From: Eledone cirrhosa
Lineage: Eukaryota
DNA length: 64,000 nucleotides
NCBI GenBank assembly: GCA_964016885.1
Contig: OZ024742.1
Coordinates: forward strand, 134,664,001-134,728,000
Direction of reading: 5' to 3'
Shown here in pieces: positions 27,780-44,968 of this stretch; the first letter of the stretch is position 1, and each line of letters starts with the position of its first letter. Under the pieces are notes generated by a model. That model saw nothing but the letters and a program-made list of their open reading frames with translations, did no database searches and had not been told where the DNA came from. Position numbers and translations under genes: made by a program.

Positions 27780-28445
27780 CAAGGAGCCTGTGCAGTCCAC
27801 TCTACATTAAAACAGTGTTCCACTGAAGCTGGTGGAGAAGTTCAAGCATCTCAGGGCCATGATCACTAGTGATGAAAGGCAGGAAGCTGGATTAAGTGTA
27901 AAAATTGATGCAGTAATACGCCATCTTCAGCATTCAAATATCGGATGAAAGAAGGTAAGTGTTAAAGCCAAACGCACTCCTTTCTGTGTTTGTGCCTAAA
28001 CTTACCTATAGTCATGAAATTCGGGTAAAGACCAAATGAATACAATCCCGAATACAAGCGACCGAAATGGCGTTCCTCTATTGGGTCTTTGGAGCAACGT
28101 TACTCGATAAAATGAGTAGATCGGAGATCAGAGAGTCACTCCAGGTAGAGGCGCTACTTCACCAAATTGAGAAATCAGAGCTTCGATACTATTCGTATGT
28201 GTTTGGAATGTCTTCGGAATGTATCGCTCAACAGATTTTATGTGCAAAAACAGCCGGCAGGAAAATCCAGGGGTAGACCCGCAGAAAGATGGTTGGATAA
28301 TAGCCATGAGTTCGGCTGCCCTAACTTGGGTATCCAACCGGATCAGCTGGAACGGTTGTTTCTGACGGGACCCACTGGAGGGAATGTTTCATGACTTAGC
28401 AATCACGATCCTCTCAGGAATAAGTGTGCAAAGAAGAAAAAAAAG
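27780..28445 (+). mobile_element. RTE-clade LINE 3' fragment
   Basis: LKLVEKFKHLRAMI, SRIQATEMAFLYWVFGATLLDKMSRSEIRESLQVEALLHQIEKSELRYY. Shares TCAGAGAGTCACTCCAGG and the 3' end with the 590-1841 copy. Confidence 0.85.
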
Positions 28446-29577
28446 ATATCTATAAAACATGCTTTTGAATTTTATCTCACATTGTCCACTCCTATGCCAA
28501 TAGGATATGTATGTCTCTTTGTTTTGTTGGTCTCTGTGTGTGTCTCTCCATATCTATGATAATACTTGTGCCTGTGTGTTTGCCCCACAAATAATGATTC
28601 AAGAAGATGTAATGAAAGATTCAAGACCAGATTTGTAGGTATATGTACTGACGACGTTGTTATCGACAACATTAAGCAACTGACATATCATGGTCACATT
28701 ATGATAAATGAAACGTGCTAAAATATAAGAAAAACAATATTTTCAACAGGGACCTTCATTCAAAAGGTACTGACATGGAAATTGAGTTGTGTTAGTATTA
28801 CTTTCAAGTTATTATAACCAGTCAATTTCCATTATATGCCAATATATGCAAATAAACGGTTACACCTGTTTTCTATTTGCTTTATGGAAATGAGCATCGC
28901 AAGCACATATTCATGACTCAAAATCTATATAGTCTCTAGTTATTCTCTCATAACATCAAGAGTGACCGAAATTATGGGAAAAGCTGCCACTCCAAGGGGA
29001 ATGTGTTTGATTAGCGTGGATTTACTGTAGCTGACTTTAAAATGAGCCTTTAGAGTGCCGGCAGAATATTAGAAGTTGGTGTATAACTTTTTCTATTAAA
29101 TCGAGACGGGATTATTTTAGTTTTCCTGGTGATAATATGTAGCTGTTCATTATTTTTAGAATGTAACCATTTCTATTTTTGAAGCTCGTATGTAAGACCT
29201 TCACCACCATAGTAAGTTCAGTTGTAAGGAGTGTTTTGCAGTCGCTGTCTTAGACATTTCAATTTCACATGATTATACAGGTTATATATATTTTTACCAC
29301 ATTCATAACTCTAATTATTATATATATTTAAATTTACAAACTTATTTAATTATACGTGTACACATGCAATTACATTATTTGCATTATAGTTTGTCTGTGT
29401 ATCTAGGAACGACAAGCTTAAAGCCACATTTATATAACTAAACATATACGTGCACATATACCGATATGTTGTGAGTAGGCGTAGCCGCTTATATAAATGC
29501 ACACCCACGCACACAACACATACACAGCCATATATATATATATGCATGTACGTATGTATGTATATATATATATATAT

Positions 29578-31249
29578 CTATTAAAATAACAGATTAAAGT
29601 TTAAGCAAATAATCGCTGCTTTCACCCTTAACGGGATCTTCTGAAACTAACAAAGTCAATCTGTAAACGCAGAAGTGGATATTTCAAAAAACGTTGCAAC
29701 CGGAGGAAGACAGGAAGACGATACTTTGGTTCGTGGAAACGTTCCCTGGCAAAGAACGGGAAAAAACGAATATAATACGTCATTAATAGGAGCGGTGAAA
29801 AACAATTACGCGCAAAGACAGAACCACGTTTATGGTATAAAATAGGTCGTAGACTAATGTTCTCTTAGGTGGTTCATAGAGACGTTCTCTGGCAATGAAC
29901 GAAAAAAACGAAGATAATACGTCATATGTGGAGCGTAGAGAACAATAGCACGCAAAGACAAAACCACGTAAATGGTATAGCAGAAGTCATAGACTAAAAT
30001 TCTAACTAGGAGACCGAATGAATCTCCGCTACAGAGTTAAGAACAAAGTAAATAAATACAATACAGAGGTAATAGAATAAATAAATACATACGCGCAAAC
30101 AAATACGTACATACACAAGCATACGCAAAACACTTACCATCGGTATACAAAACCACGCACATATAAATATGTGTGTGTGTGTATGCGTGTATACAAATAA
30201 ATAAATAATTATATAAACGTATATAAATAAATAAATACGTATATAACAGGCGCACACACATACCTACATGTAAATACACAAATGTTCGGAGACGTAAGTC
30301 AACCAAAACATGAAGTACACATATACACACACCCTACATACGTACGAACCAGCTTACTCACACAGACGCAAAACTCCCGTGTACACAAAGCCAAACCATA
30401 TGTACCAGAATATATAAAACTATACGCCATAACATAAACAATCAAATATACGTACGAGAATGTACACGTGCCTTCACAAAACATACGGGTAATATATACT
30501 TACCTATGCAAATAAGTAATGGTATAAACAAAACATATACTTAGCTCCCACATCAAGACGTAAAATATCCCCGTATAGATCGTACTATCCGTTAGGGTAT
30601 AACGTGGGGCTGTAATACAGGAAAGTTTTGTGCAATATATGTTTACAAGACGAAATTGCCTCAGATTTTTTGTTTAAGATGTGTTCAGAGGCGTAGAGTA
30701 TTTCCAGGGCCTCAGCGGCGCAGAGGTCACATGGTCTTTTATTTCCGTTATACGATCTAGCCCTAGCTAGGATCTCCCAGTGTAACTTATATTGGGTGTG
30801 GTTGTCTTTTAGACTCCAGATATAAGCTGAAAGTGACGTCATATTCCTTCTTAGGGGGTAACGAAAAGAATGGGTATGCATGTAAAGACGCTGCTTCTAT
30901 TTATTGGCGGTTAACCCTATGTAGGCCCTACGGGACCTGGGTGTTACAACCTTACATTTGTAGACAATGTTACTAGAGAGGCATTTCCCGGATAGGGGGC
31001 AATCAACCCGATTCCTACAATTACAGTTAGTACTAACTAGAGGGTTGCACGTGTTCCTACGGCTAGGTAGTTTAGGTAAATTTGAAGCTGTGATGTTATG
31101 TGCAAGGTTAGGAGTCGTAGAGTAAGACATTTTAATAGTATTTCTATTAAACATTTTACTATGTTTATGTGTAGGGGGAAAATGCTTCGTAATAAGGGAA
31201 ACAAAGATCTCAGCTAATGGTGTAGCCACCTCCATATTATATGGTGGGT
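29578..31249 (-). mobile_element. Inverted duplicate of the 3' part (linker, GIY-YIG, 3' UTR) of the adjacent Naiad PLE
   Basis: ORFs 30897-31235 and 30585-30881 mirror 32413-32715 and 32751-33047. The UTR mirrors 33048-34052. Confidence 0.92.
29589..29664 (-). ncRNA. Type I hammerhead ribozyme (CAGAAGA variant), left arm
   Basis: Minus strand: ACAGATTGA-CTTTGTT-AGTTT-CAGAAGA-T-CCC-GTTAA-GGG-T-GAAA-GCA-GCGATTATT-TGC-T-T-AAACT-TTAATCTGT. All three stems pair, including a bulged extended stem I. Confidence 0.72.
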
Positions 31250-31250
31250 T

Positions 31251-34282
<3,032 letters not shown>

Positions 34283-34799
34283 GTGTGTGTGCGTGTGTTT
34301 GGGTGTGTATGTGTGTGAATGCATATATATATGTTTATGCATATATGTCTATATACACATATTCATTATATTAATAGAAATCATTGCATATCAGATGCAA
34401 ACAAATAGCAAACACCAAAAGGCAAACAACATCTGAAATGTATAGAAGTAAAAAAGGGATTATCTCAACATATATCGAATGATTTCACAGAGCTTCGCTT
34501 ATCAATTTAACCTCGTTCATAGCATGATTCGTTTCCACTTCCAATTTTTACTTTTTCCCAATTTCACCGTCATCAATTTATCATATATTGACTCATTGTT
34601 TCTAGACGTAAATAGTGAAGCAAAACAAAACATATCACAACACAGAAACCACTTCCATATAAAATATGGACATTCTTCGCCCTGTAAGCAATCAAGTTAA
34701 AAGCCTTAATTAATGGAGATTGTTAATACCGTAGTGGGCAATTATTGTTATTGTAATCATTGTTATTTTTATAACAATAATAATGGTAATGATAATAAA

Positions 34800-34829
34800 A
34801 AGTAGTAGTAGTAGTAGTAGTAGTAGTAA

Positions 34830-34892
<63 letters not shown>

Positions 34893-34905
34893 CAGTAGTA
34901 GTAGT
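34800..34905. repeat. (AGT)n microsatellite
   Basis: Directly visible; explains the poly-L and poly-T ORFs. Confidence 0.95.
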
Positions 34906-34979
34906 ATTAACATGAATATTTGTATTACTATTATTATTATTTACTACTACAACTCCTAACAAATATAATCCCAATTTTA

Positions 34980-35295
34980 TTGAGAAATAATGTTTCTAAC
35001 AATCATCGTTTTTGTTATTGGTGTACTTTTTCTTGTTTTTAGATTGAACATCATTCCTTGAAATATCGAGACCAAGATTAGCAGTTTGTCATCTGAAATA
35101 TTTTCGGGCACAGAAAGTTACCGCTTAGTTACACACTGCATCTGTTTGTAAGTTAACAATGCATTTTCCATTCGTTTAGAGATTGGTAAGTATGGCATTC
35201 TCTGTTTTGACGACTGGAAAATGTATAGATTATTGCGGAGAATATGGTCAACTTCTGGTAATTCTTTGCATTTTATTGTTTCCGAGAAATACTCT
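34980..35295 (-). pseudogene. Possible ancient L1/Tx1 ORF1-like coding remnant
   Basis: One minus frame is open for about 100 codons apart from a single stop and includes LSVPENISDDKLLILVSIFQG, resembling Tx1 ORF1 VPxxISDxxL motifs. Similarity judged by eye only. Confidence 0.25.
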
Positions 35296-36668
35296 TAGTT
35301 TGTAAAAAAATCTAAAGGTTTATTCCATTAGGCGTCTCTGTCTGAGGTGTCTATATAATGACAAAGCATTTTGGCATTCACACGTTCAGGATCCCAATAT
35401 AGATAAGCTTTTGTATCATGTCGAAGAGATGTCATCGTGTTTAAAATCAATCTGGATTTTGATGGAATACATTATACATATTGCATAGACGTGGTTCTAC
35501 TGTCGGGAAAGACTTATTAATTGTTTATATTATTTATTATATAAGGTGGTATATAACTGTTGCCGTGGCCCAAAAACTGAAACCAGGATGAGTATGAATT
35601 AGTAAATGCAAAAATTAAGTTCGGTCAATTGCTCGACATTTTTGTCAGTAGTAGTCGGGGAAGTAAGCGAGGAAAGACAAAGTGATGCTACACCCCAGTC
35701 AGTTTTGTTGGCATATGAAATAGAATAGCAAATATAAACTAAGTGAATGTGCCTAATCTGAGCATTCCCGTGAATGCTACATACGCAAATAAGAAACGAT
35801 AGTACTTCTTCATATTTAAGTTTTTGTTTGTGCTTTCTCCACACTCTCTGTGTCATGATTCTTCCAGTTGAGGATAATCACACATTTTATACTTTATGTA
35901 TCAAATACTATTTCATATATCCTTTATCTCTGCAATCATATACGCATTTTAGGACACTTTGCCTGTTATAACCATTATTCATTAAGCATTGATCAATCGA
36001 ATCGTTTGACAAGATCCCGAATCTCATTTGTGTATCAGGTTGGCTGCAACTGGTCAAATTTCACAAAGAAATTATGTTTTCACTGGCCTTTCCATTGCTG
36101 ATACAATCCATTCTTCGCAAAAGTAATGATTATAAAGTAGAAATTGTTATGATGTTTATTATTAGGGTAGTGTTTGTGCTGTGGGACATTTGATTGACAG
36201 AATCATTTAAGAAAAGCTTTTCCCCTCGGTTTACATTTATAGGTTTAAAATCCGCCAATGACAACAACCAAGATTTTTTCCAGGCATGATAAAATAATGT
36301 AAACGTTAATTATTTCAGTAACTTTCATGAAATTAACGAAAACACAACCCACAACAATATATGCTTTACTATCTTTGCATGAATATAATTGGGCATCAGT
36401 CAGTTTGAGACAGACAAATCATGGGAATAGCATATCACCGGAAAGAAACATTCATTACCCGAGAAGATTATCTGAGGAAGATTAACGTGGAATATGAGAA
36501 ATATGTGCTTTTCATTATAATGAGATTTTGCCCACATGTTTTAAAAACATTTTATTGTTTAATTTCTGTTTAATTCAGGCTTCGCACTTTGCTCTAAAAA
36601 AGAAACTATCACCTAATATTCTGTCACATAATATCACATAATATCCACATATTATATATTTATATCCA

Positions 36669-36856
36669 GGGCGGTGGATTGGCAGTATCGGTAGAGGGTC
36701 GGACGCCATGCTTTGCAGCATAGAGTTACGCCCCTTTATGGTCCGAGTTCGAATCCCGCCGAGGTTAACTTTGCCTTTCATCCTTACGGGGTCGATAGAA
36801 TAAAGTACCAGTAATGCACTGGGATAATTGCTGGCCTTGTGCCAAAATTAGAAACA
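36669..36856 (+). mobile_element. SINE, full length with 18-bp TSD
   Basis: B-box GAGTTCGAATCC. TSD ATTATATATTTATATCCA at 36651-36668 and 36857-36874. Confidence 0.92.
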
Positions 36857-37348
36857 ATTATATATTTATATCCAACTTACGTCCGTTAATTTCAAATAAA
36901 ATGGATTTGAAAATCTCTCTCACATCCACAAAAGGGATCAGCCAAAATCTGTATGAGCTAAGCATGTTTCGTATCACCGACAACACATCAGATATGAGTG
37001 TGATTCGAAGGATGAACGATGTCAACGTCCCCCAGAACGAAAACTGACAATCGAAAAGTAAGTAAGCAGTGGAATAATGGTTAATGCAGGAAGGTATATT
37101 GATATTAATTTTATAGCATCAAAGAAGAGTATGCTAACCAACCGGACGGCAATTTCTAGCAGGCTTGGAGACACCATAAGAGTTTCTCTCTGCACGTTCA
37201 TAGTCCGTGATGATCGCGTTTCCCGGCCAGAGACTCCGAATCGAATGCTGATTTACACACACACACAAGCACATACACACATACACGTACATGCACATAC
37301 ACACAAGTATACACACTCACACATACACAAACACAGATTTATATATAA

Positions 37349-38312
37349 CTAGCAGTAAAGCCCGGCGTTGCTCGGGGTCGCTCAGTAGCTGTGTTAAAGT
37401 TACAATGTTAAGTTTCTTTCTTGGCTTAAAAACTGTAGTGTCTACTGTGCAGACTTGCATGTGGTGTTTTTGATTAATATTCCCTCAACCAACAATATGC
37501 CTTATGAAGTTAAGAAAACATAACGATAACCCGAATGTTATAACAAAAGAGGATGCTGGGGATAGAAACTGCACTGGTTATTTATTAACAAAGATCGAAA
37601 ATGTAAACACTGCAACGCAGAGAAAAACATTAGCGTAACCAAATTATCAGTTATGTCTGTCTGCACGCCTATATCACCTCTCTGCACGACTGTCTGTCTG
37701 CACGCCTATATGACCTCTCTGCACGACTATCTGTCTGCACGCCTATATCACCTCTCTGCACGACTGTCTGTCTGCACGCGTATATCACCTCTCTGCACGA
37801 CTGTCTGTCTGCACGACTGTCTGTCTGCACGACTGTCTGTCTGCACGCCTAACGACGAAATATTTGCTTGTTTTACGTAGTCTTTAAATAGACTTTTTTT
37901 CAAGTAAAAATATTGTTTTAAAATGCTTTTAAATGGAAATGAAGCAAAACGGAAGCTTAGTGTTCGAACTGATGAATTTTGCAGGTCAATATTTTGCTGG
38001 CTCGACAACTGTTCGTGTATTGTGTTAATGTCATTTTAAACGCTGAGAAAGCCAGCGTAATTTGTTACGTAAGACGCTCAATGTAAACAGAACAAAGGGA
38101 AATAACTGATAACTTACGCTCAAAAATCGATACATTATATTCGATTTCGTCACATAGGGTGGGTCAATTTGAAATATTTTTTTTCCGATGTCTTCGCTAG
38201 GGCTCAATGTACAAGTATAGCAATTTTGGTGCAATTCCGTCAGAGATTCTAAGAGGAGATGTGTGCCAAAAATCGATAGACAGACAGACAACCACAGTTT
38301 TATATATATAGA
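37349..38312 (-). mobile_element. Non-autonomous Helitron (family A)
   Basis: Minus strand starts TCTATATATATAAAAC and ends with GC-rich hairpin CCCGAGCAACGCCGGG then CTAG; inserted between A and T with no TSD. Internal CTGCACGACTGTCTGT minisatellite at ~37655-37850. Confidence 0.85.
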
Positions 38313-39044
38313 TTACCTATATCTATATATAATATACAAGATTGGATCTACCACCACCATTTCGAGAAAAGTGGACCAACCACGTCTATGCAATGACATA
38401 CGCTTTAAAGTCAGCAGTATGATAAACCACATTGTAGAGTTCACTATTCTTGCAGGCAATCATCAAGGAGTAAATGCATGTGTTCTCATGATTCCTTTAC
38501 ACCCCTTCCTCTGCCGAGCTGCCATTCAAATTCTCAAGACTTCACTTCCCTGTGAAGTCTTGAGTTAGAAGCAATTTTGCTATGACCATATATAAATCTA
38601 AGGTTCAGAGTTTCAAAGTTGTAAGATTGAATTAAAGACATTAGTTTTTTAGAGATGGTCAATTATATACAGGTTGTTCACGAAGGGAAACACCTAGAAA
38701 TCTGTTTATACTCTGCACGAACGATAAAACGAAGTATCGGGTGTATCTGGATGACATTTTACAGATTTTTTCTTTCTCAGACACACACCATGTTCTCACC
38801 CCATACTATACACCAGGCAATGCATGCAATACCGTCGTTTTCTCTTCTACCAGTCTTCTCATATCAACTGCTTACCAGAGCGAAGCTACGTGCGTCAACT
38901 AGTTATTCTTATAAACGGGAATACAAAGTGTGATGGATAGAATGTTGAAATCATGAAATCAGTACATATATTCCCTCATTTTGAGCTAAAATCATATCAA
39001 GTGAAATCAGCCTTTCATTCTTCCGGTTTCGATAAAATAAATGG

Positions 39045-39190
39045 AAGAATCATGTCTTGGTGTTGATTAAATTATTCCGACAGGACCCGCTGGTAGTAGT
39101 GTTTGAGGACTCTGCTCCCAAGACCCTCTCAGGAATAAATGGGTGAACAAGAAGAAGAAGAAGAAGAAGAAGAAGAAGAAGAAGAAGAAG
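39045..39190 (+). mobile_element. RTE LINE extreme 3' end with (GAA)n tail
   Basis: GACAGGACCCGCTGG...GACCCTCTCAGGAATAAATGGGTGAACAA(GAA)n matches the other RTE ends. Confidence 0.75.
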
Positions 39191-40201
39191 ATTTACTAGA
39201 AACAATAGGAGGAACCTCTGGGTACCTTACAGCTTCTTAGCTCTTTTAAAGATTTCCGTATGTCTTCTTTTACCTTATCTAATATTAATATTTCCTGATA
39301 TTTGAGGTTGAATGATTTATCTCGGTGATATTTACATCTTGTTTACATTTAGTTGTTTTATATATTTTATATTATAAATGGCGCTGGATAGTTGAATTGT
39401 TAGAATACCGGAAAATAGCGTAGAAGGCTAGAACCAACACTTTAAGCATTTATCCAAATTCGTGAAAATGTTGTCAATTTTCCGACTTTTCTGAAGTTAC
39501 TTCTATTTACAGATCATTTTATTATATGATATTTTTCGATTGTGTCTACAATCTCCTTCCATATTTACAAATATTTAAATAGTTGGGTTCTACTTCGTTT
39601 CAAGCCTTAAGCATTTCGATTATATCCGAGATTTCGTTCCATAGTTAAGGTTGTATTGAAGATATTGTAACCCAGGGTGGCTATTAAAAGCAGAAAATAA
39701 GTAACGATCAAAGTATAATATAATAAAAATTAAAGATTCAAACCCGTTATTTCCCTATACAAAGGCGTAAATATAGATTAACTGTGTGCCGTTAAGATTA
39801 AATGTTGGCGAATGATTCGAGAAACAAGTGAAGAATATATACTATATGGATGATATTTTATATTTCAGTTTTACGAGTTTATTTGTGAGAATGTCCCCTT
39901 GTGTTGTCAAAAGCCCATACAAGTATATTGTAGTTATGATTCAGATTATAATAAATATACTTGAAAAAACAAGTTGTATTAATAATATGATTTCGAAAGC
40001 ACTTATACGTTCACGAAAAATACTTAAGAGTACATTGAATATAAAAAAGCTGATACAATAGGAAATTTGAATAGACAATACAACTCAAAATAAATGTTTG
40101 CGTAATATATGTAAATATTTCTCATATTTATGTATATGTTCATCAAACATTAAACAATTACGCACACATTCTCACTGACACTCACTTTCTCACTGACACT
40201 C

Positions 40202-40327
<126 letters not shown>

Positions 40328-40777
40328 TACACACATACACACACACACAAATATACATGTAGAGATATAAATGTAAATATATATATATATATTTCGTTTC
40401 TGAAACTGTTTAGCAAGATTCTTTATCTGAAAACGTGTGTTGAAACCGATATTGTTATACTAGTAACATGTAAATAAACAAATAAATAAACAAATAAAAA
40501 CACACACAGACACCTGGAAGTAAAACATGCGCAAACTAAGCACACAACACACACACAAACAAGATGGCGTGGGACAGAACAAAGGAAGGGCACAAAACAA
40601 AGAAAATAATCCCCAGTCATGAAGAGTGAAGAGGTCACATAATGTGTGACGAAAGAACTTTGATGAACAACCAACCAACCGGAAATTTATAAAATTTTTA
40701 TTTATAAAATTCATAAAATTGAAGTGAAACACCTGGTGCGTGTGTCTCTTGTTGGCAGCATGACCCTCCCAAAGTAT

Positions 40778-40817
<40 letters not shown>

Positions 40818-41168
40818 GAAAGGTATAGAAAAATATTGTACCAAAAAGCCAACAGTATTCCATAATATATAAGTGACTATAGCGTCAAAATGGGAAAAAT
40901 AGTTAACGTAATATGTGTGAAAAATAATTCAAACTCAACTCAAAAAGAATCAGGATATAGATTCATCCAACAGAATTTAGTGAAATCCAGGGAAAAATCA
41001 ATAGAGCCTTAACTTTTTATAAAATGATGTCTAAAATACTCATCCTTCAATTTGGAAAAACACTTCAAGTGCTCTGTATAGTCTTGAAGAATATTTCCCG
41101 AAAACTTTTAGTGGAGCTGGTCACGGTTGGAATTCGATCCTCAGCAGAGCTCATATATATATATATAT

Positions 41169-42062
41169 CCGCACACACTGACTCAGCGACTTTCTCCACC
41201 TGCCATTCTCCCCGACTGCTGCTATGCCCTGAATTTCTGACCACCTCTCCGCACAGACAGATACACAACCCTCCTCCAGCCTTGACCCTCTGACCACTTC
41301 CTGTTGCGCGCACACCCTACATCTCCCCTCTTCCGACCAACCCAACCACGGATTACACACATTGGACATCGCTCCCACGAATCAACTCCATCACAAGGAA
41401 ATTACCTGGCATCCCACCACATCCTCTATGGAATTACCTTAGGAACTCACCCACGGACATACACTAAAAAAAATGCCACCTACATCCACAATACGTATAA
41501 ACACCACACACACGTGCGGACCACCACATATTTACACATTCAGCCTCCGGAATCCTCTCCTCCCTTAACCCACCCCATGACCCCTGCCCATCTACAAACG
41601 CGCACACACACCGACCTACACCCCACCCCACACACAACTTTTCCTGAAAATTGCAACCCCGTTCTTCCCCCAACCCTCACATTCACATACCCTCACACAC
41701 ACGTACACCTACACACACATACCACGTTCAGCCCTCCCAGCCCCCCTCTCCCCACTCCACCCGTCACCACCCCTACACGCCCCACACCCTTCCACCACTT
41801 GTTTTACTTCATGTTTATTTTTATTTTTATTATGCCTTTATATTTATTTTCATTTGTACCGTTTCCTCTCAACCACTTTTTTCTAAATGTCTCTTCCCCA
41901 CTCCCCTACACACCCTTGGAAATCTCTTCCCACACACGTTTCGCCTGAAGAAGGGTTTATGCCCGAAACGTCGTTCCCAACCACCACCCAAATCTCAAGA
42001 GCGTGAAACTAATAAACCTTTGCTCGTACTGCCTCTCTCTTTTGTTCCCGTTCAATTTTTCA
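41169..42062 (+). mobile_element. Probable PLE 3' fragment/pLTR with minimal hammerhead-like motif
   Basis: Between (TA)n tracts; C/A-rich UTR; CTGAAGA-AGGG-TTTATG-CCC-GAAA-CG-TC at 41945-41972 followed by AATAAA. Stem I pairing is poor. Confidence 0.45.
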
Positions 42063-42538
42063 CTATATATATATATATATAAATATATATATACATACAT
42101 ATATGTGTATATATATATATTTATACAACCCCCCCCCCACACATACACACATACTCATATATATATATATATATATGCGTGTGTGTATGTATGTGTGTGT
42201 GTGCGTGTGTGTGTATAAGTATGTATAATTATATACGGATGTTTCTATGTAAACATACGTGAGAAATATTTGTTGATGTGCTTCAGTGTGTGTTGGAGTC
42301 TGTGTATACAAGGATGCGTTGTAATATAAGTATGTCGATATGTTTGTTGATGTATCTAAAATAACATTTATTACTATGAAAGTCCATGGAGTATAGTCAA
42401 CGCCACACAAGTAAAAAATTAAATCAAAGTTATTTGTAAACCAGAAACAAGAATATGCCATAATTTATTCTTGACATTTTTTTAGTTTCCTTTTCATTTC
42501 GACGAAATATGTTTGTCTTTTTTGGTTTTATATATTTA

Positions 42539-44024
42539 CTAGCAGTAAAGCCTGGCTTTGCTCGGGGCTGCTCAGTAGATGTGTTAAAGTTACAATGTTA
42601 AGTTCCTTTCTTGGCTTAAAAACTGTAGAGTCTACTGTGTAGACTTTCATGTGGTATTTTTGATTTATTCCCTCAACCAACAGTATGCCTTTTGAAGTTA
42701 AAAAAACATAACCATAACTCGTATGTTAAAACAAAAGAGGATGCTGGGGATAAAAACTGCACTGGTAATCTATTAACAAAAAGCGAAAATGTAAACACTG
42801 CCACATTTGTCTCAAAGAAAAACATCAGCTTAACCAAACTATCAGTTATTTTGAAACAAAGAAATTGGATGGACATGAAAAACAGAACAAAAATGCAATG
42901 TTATCGCCTATCATCTCTCTGCACGACTGTCTGTCTGCCTCAACTGTATTGCGTATATCACTTATCTGCACGACTGTCTGTTTGCATGCCTCTATCGTCT
43001 ATCAGCCCGACTGATTGTCTGCACAACTTTATCGCCTATATCACTTATCTGCACGACTGTCTGTCTGCATGACTCCATCGTCTATCAGCCCGACTGTCTC
43101 TCTGCACAACTTTATCTCCTATATCACCTCTCTGCACGACTGTCTCTCTGCACAACTTTATTGCCTATAGCAGTAAAGCCCGGCGTTGCTCGGTGCTGCT
43201 CAGTAGCTGTGTTAAAGTTACACTGTTAAGTTCCTTTATTGGCTTAAAAACTGTAGAGTCTACAGTGTAGACTTTCATGTGGTACTTTTGATTAATATTC
43301 CCTCAACCAACAGTATGCCTTATGAAGTTAAGAAAACATAAACATAACCCAAATGTTAAAAGAAAAGAGGAATGCTGGGCATAAAAACTGCTTGTCTCTG
43401 AGAAAAAACATCAGCGTAACCAAACTATCAGTTATTTTGAAACAAAGAAATTGTATGGACATGAAAAACAAACAAACAAAAAAATGCGTTATGTGTCTGT
43501 CGTTTAAAATCCTTGCTTGTAAATGAACATTCATAAGGCTTTATATCTTTAAAAAATATTTGCTTGTTTTACAATGTATTCAAATAGGCTTGTTTTCAAG
43601 TAAAAATATTGTTTTAAAAGACTTTTAATGGAAATGAAGCAAAATGGAAGCTTAATGTTGACATTTTGAACTCATGAATTTTGCAGGTTAAAATTTTGCT
43701 AGGCCGAAAGTTGTTTTTGTATTTTTGTACTTTTGCACGCGTCGTTTATACGTAACGTAAATAGATAAGCAAATGACGCCATAAAAGGGAAATAAATCGT
43801 CTCTCATCTCTATTTATACATTTGAACTGAAAAATCGATACATTACAAATTCGATTTTTGCACTTGGCGTGGGTCGTTTTGAAAATATTTTTGACCGATG
43901 TCTCCGCCGGCCCTTCATCTATAAGTGTAGCAATTTAACCGAAATGTGAACGTACGGTTTAAGAGGTGATGTGTGCCGACCGTTTTAGTAGACAGACAGA
44001 CAACCTCAGTTTTATAAATATAGA
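42539..44024 (-). mobile_element. Non-autonomous Helitron family A, with duplicated 3' segment
   Basis: Homologous to 37349-38312. CTAG end at 42539-42542; second hairpin/3'-end copy at ~43168; 5' TC at 44024-44023; same minisatellite. Confidence 0.85.
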
Positions 44025-44968
44025 CTAGCAGAAAACCACCCGATGGGCAGTTTTCTGCTAGCAAATCTAGTGTATATACTGAAATTTTAATCTTACCATT
44101 AGGTGTGAATAAGGAAATATTTTTTTATTGTCAAAACAAATGTTCAAAAGTTAAACTTCAATTTTTTGAATTATTTTCAATTTTTTCATGAAATTGAACA
44201 CTGGACATTGACTGCTGGAAATGGAAATTAAATCGTATTTAATTGTATTTAAATTTCTAACCTTATTTTATTATTTATATTTTTTCAATAAGAAATAAAA
44301 AAAAACAACAACAAAAAATGAAGAAAAAAATTGAACAAATCAAACGTAGGTTATGGAACTGCGCAATCTGATTAATAAATTACCTCATCAGCAGCAACCT
44401 TCTTCAAATGGTCCTTATTATCAGCAGCAACAACCACAAATTCAATGGCAACCTTCTTCAAACCACAAATTCAATGGCAACCTTCTTCAAATGGTCCTTA
44501 TTATCAGCAGCAACAACCACAAATTCAATGGCAGCCTTCTTCAAACCACAAATTCAATGGCAACCTTCTTCAAATGGTCCTTGAATGGTGTCAAGTCAGA
44601 ACCGCCTCGAACTGGTTACTTCTGGCTTGTGCAAGGTGTTTCTATAGCAACCAGCGATTCCCTCGGCCTTAGTGACCAAAGTCAGTGGAGAGGGGAAGGT
44701 AATGTTTCTATAGCGACAGTGTTTCTCTTGGTAGTACCAAAATGGAGAAAGGGAGGGGAAGGTAATATTCCTGTAGCACGTGTTTTAGCGTCTATTCACT
44801 CTCTCTCTCTCTCCCCCTCTCCCTCCCGCTATCCCCCTCTCGTAGTCTGTCTCTTTCTTTCACTCTCACTCTCTCTCTACGCGTGTGCAAAAAACATTCG
44901 CACGCGCGCACGTGTTTCCACTGTCGGACAGACAGACGGAGAAATTGCTGGTTATATATATAAGTAGA
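44025..44968 (-). mobile_element. Non-autonomous Helitron family B, abutting the family A copy
   Basis: Minus strand starts TCTACTTATATATATAACC...CCGTCTGTCTGTC and ends in hairpin CTAGCAGAAAAC..GTTTTCTGCTAG. Internal tandem repeats (CAACCACAAATTCAATGGCAACCTTCTTCAAA) at ~44385-44580. Confidence 0.75.

Noticed and set aside
35043-35190. Apparent exon (TTTTAG...GTAAGT) and 6-nt micro-exon on the plus strand
   Set aside because: The larger segment has stops in all three frames and there are no supporting neighbouring exons. A non-coding exon cannot be excluded without RNA data.
44353-44967. 204-aa Gln-rich ORF
   Set aside because: Arises from tandem repeats inside a non-autonomous Helitron; no recognisable domain.
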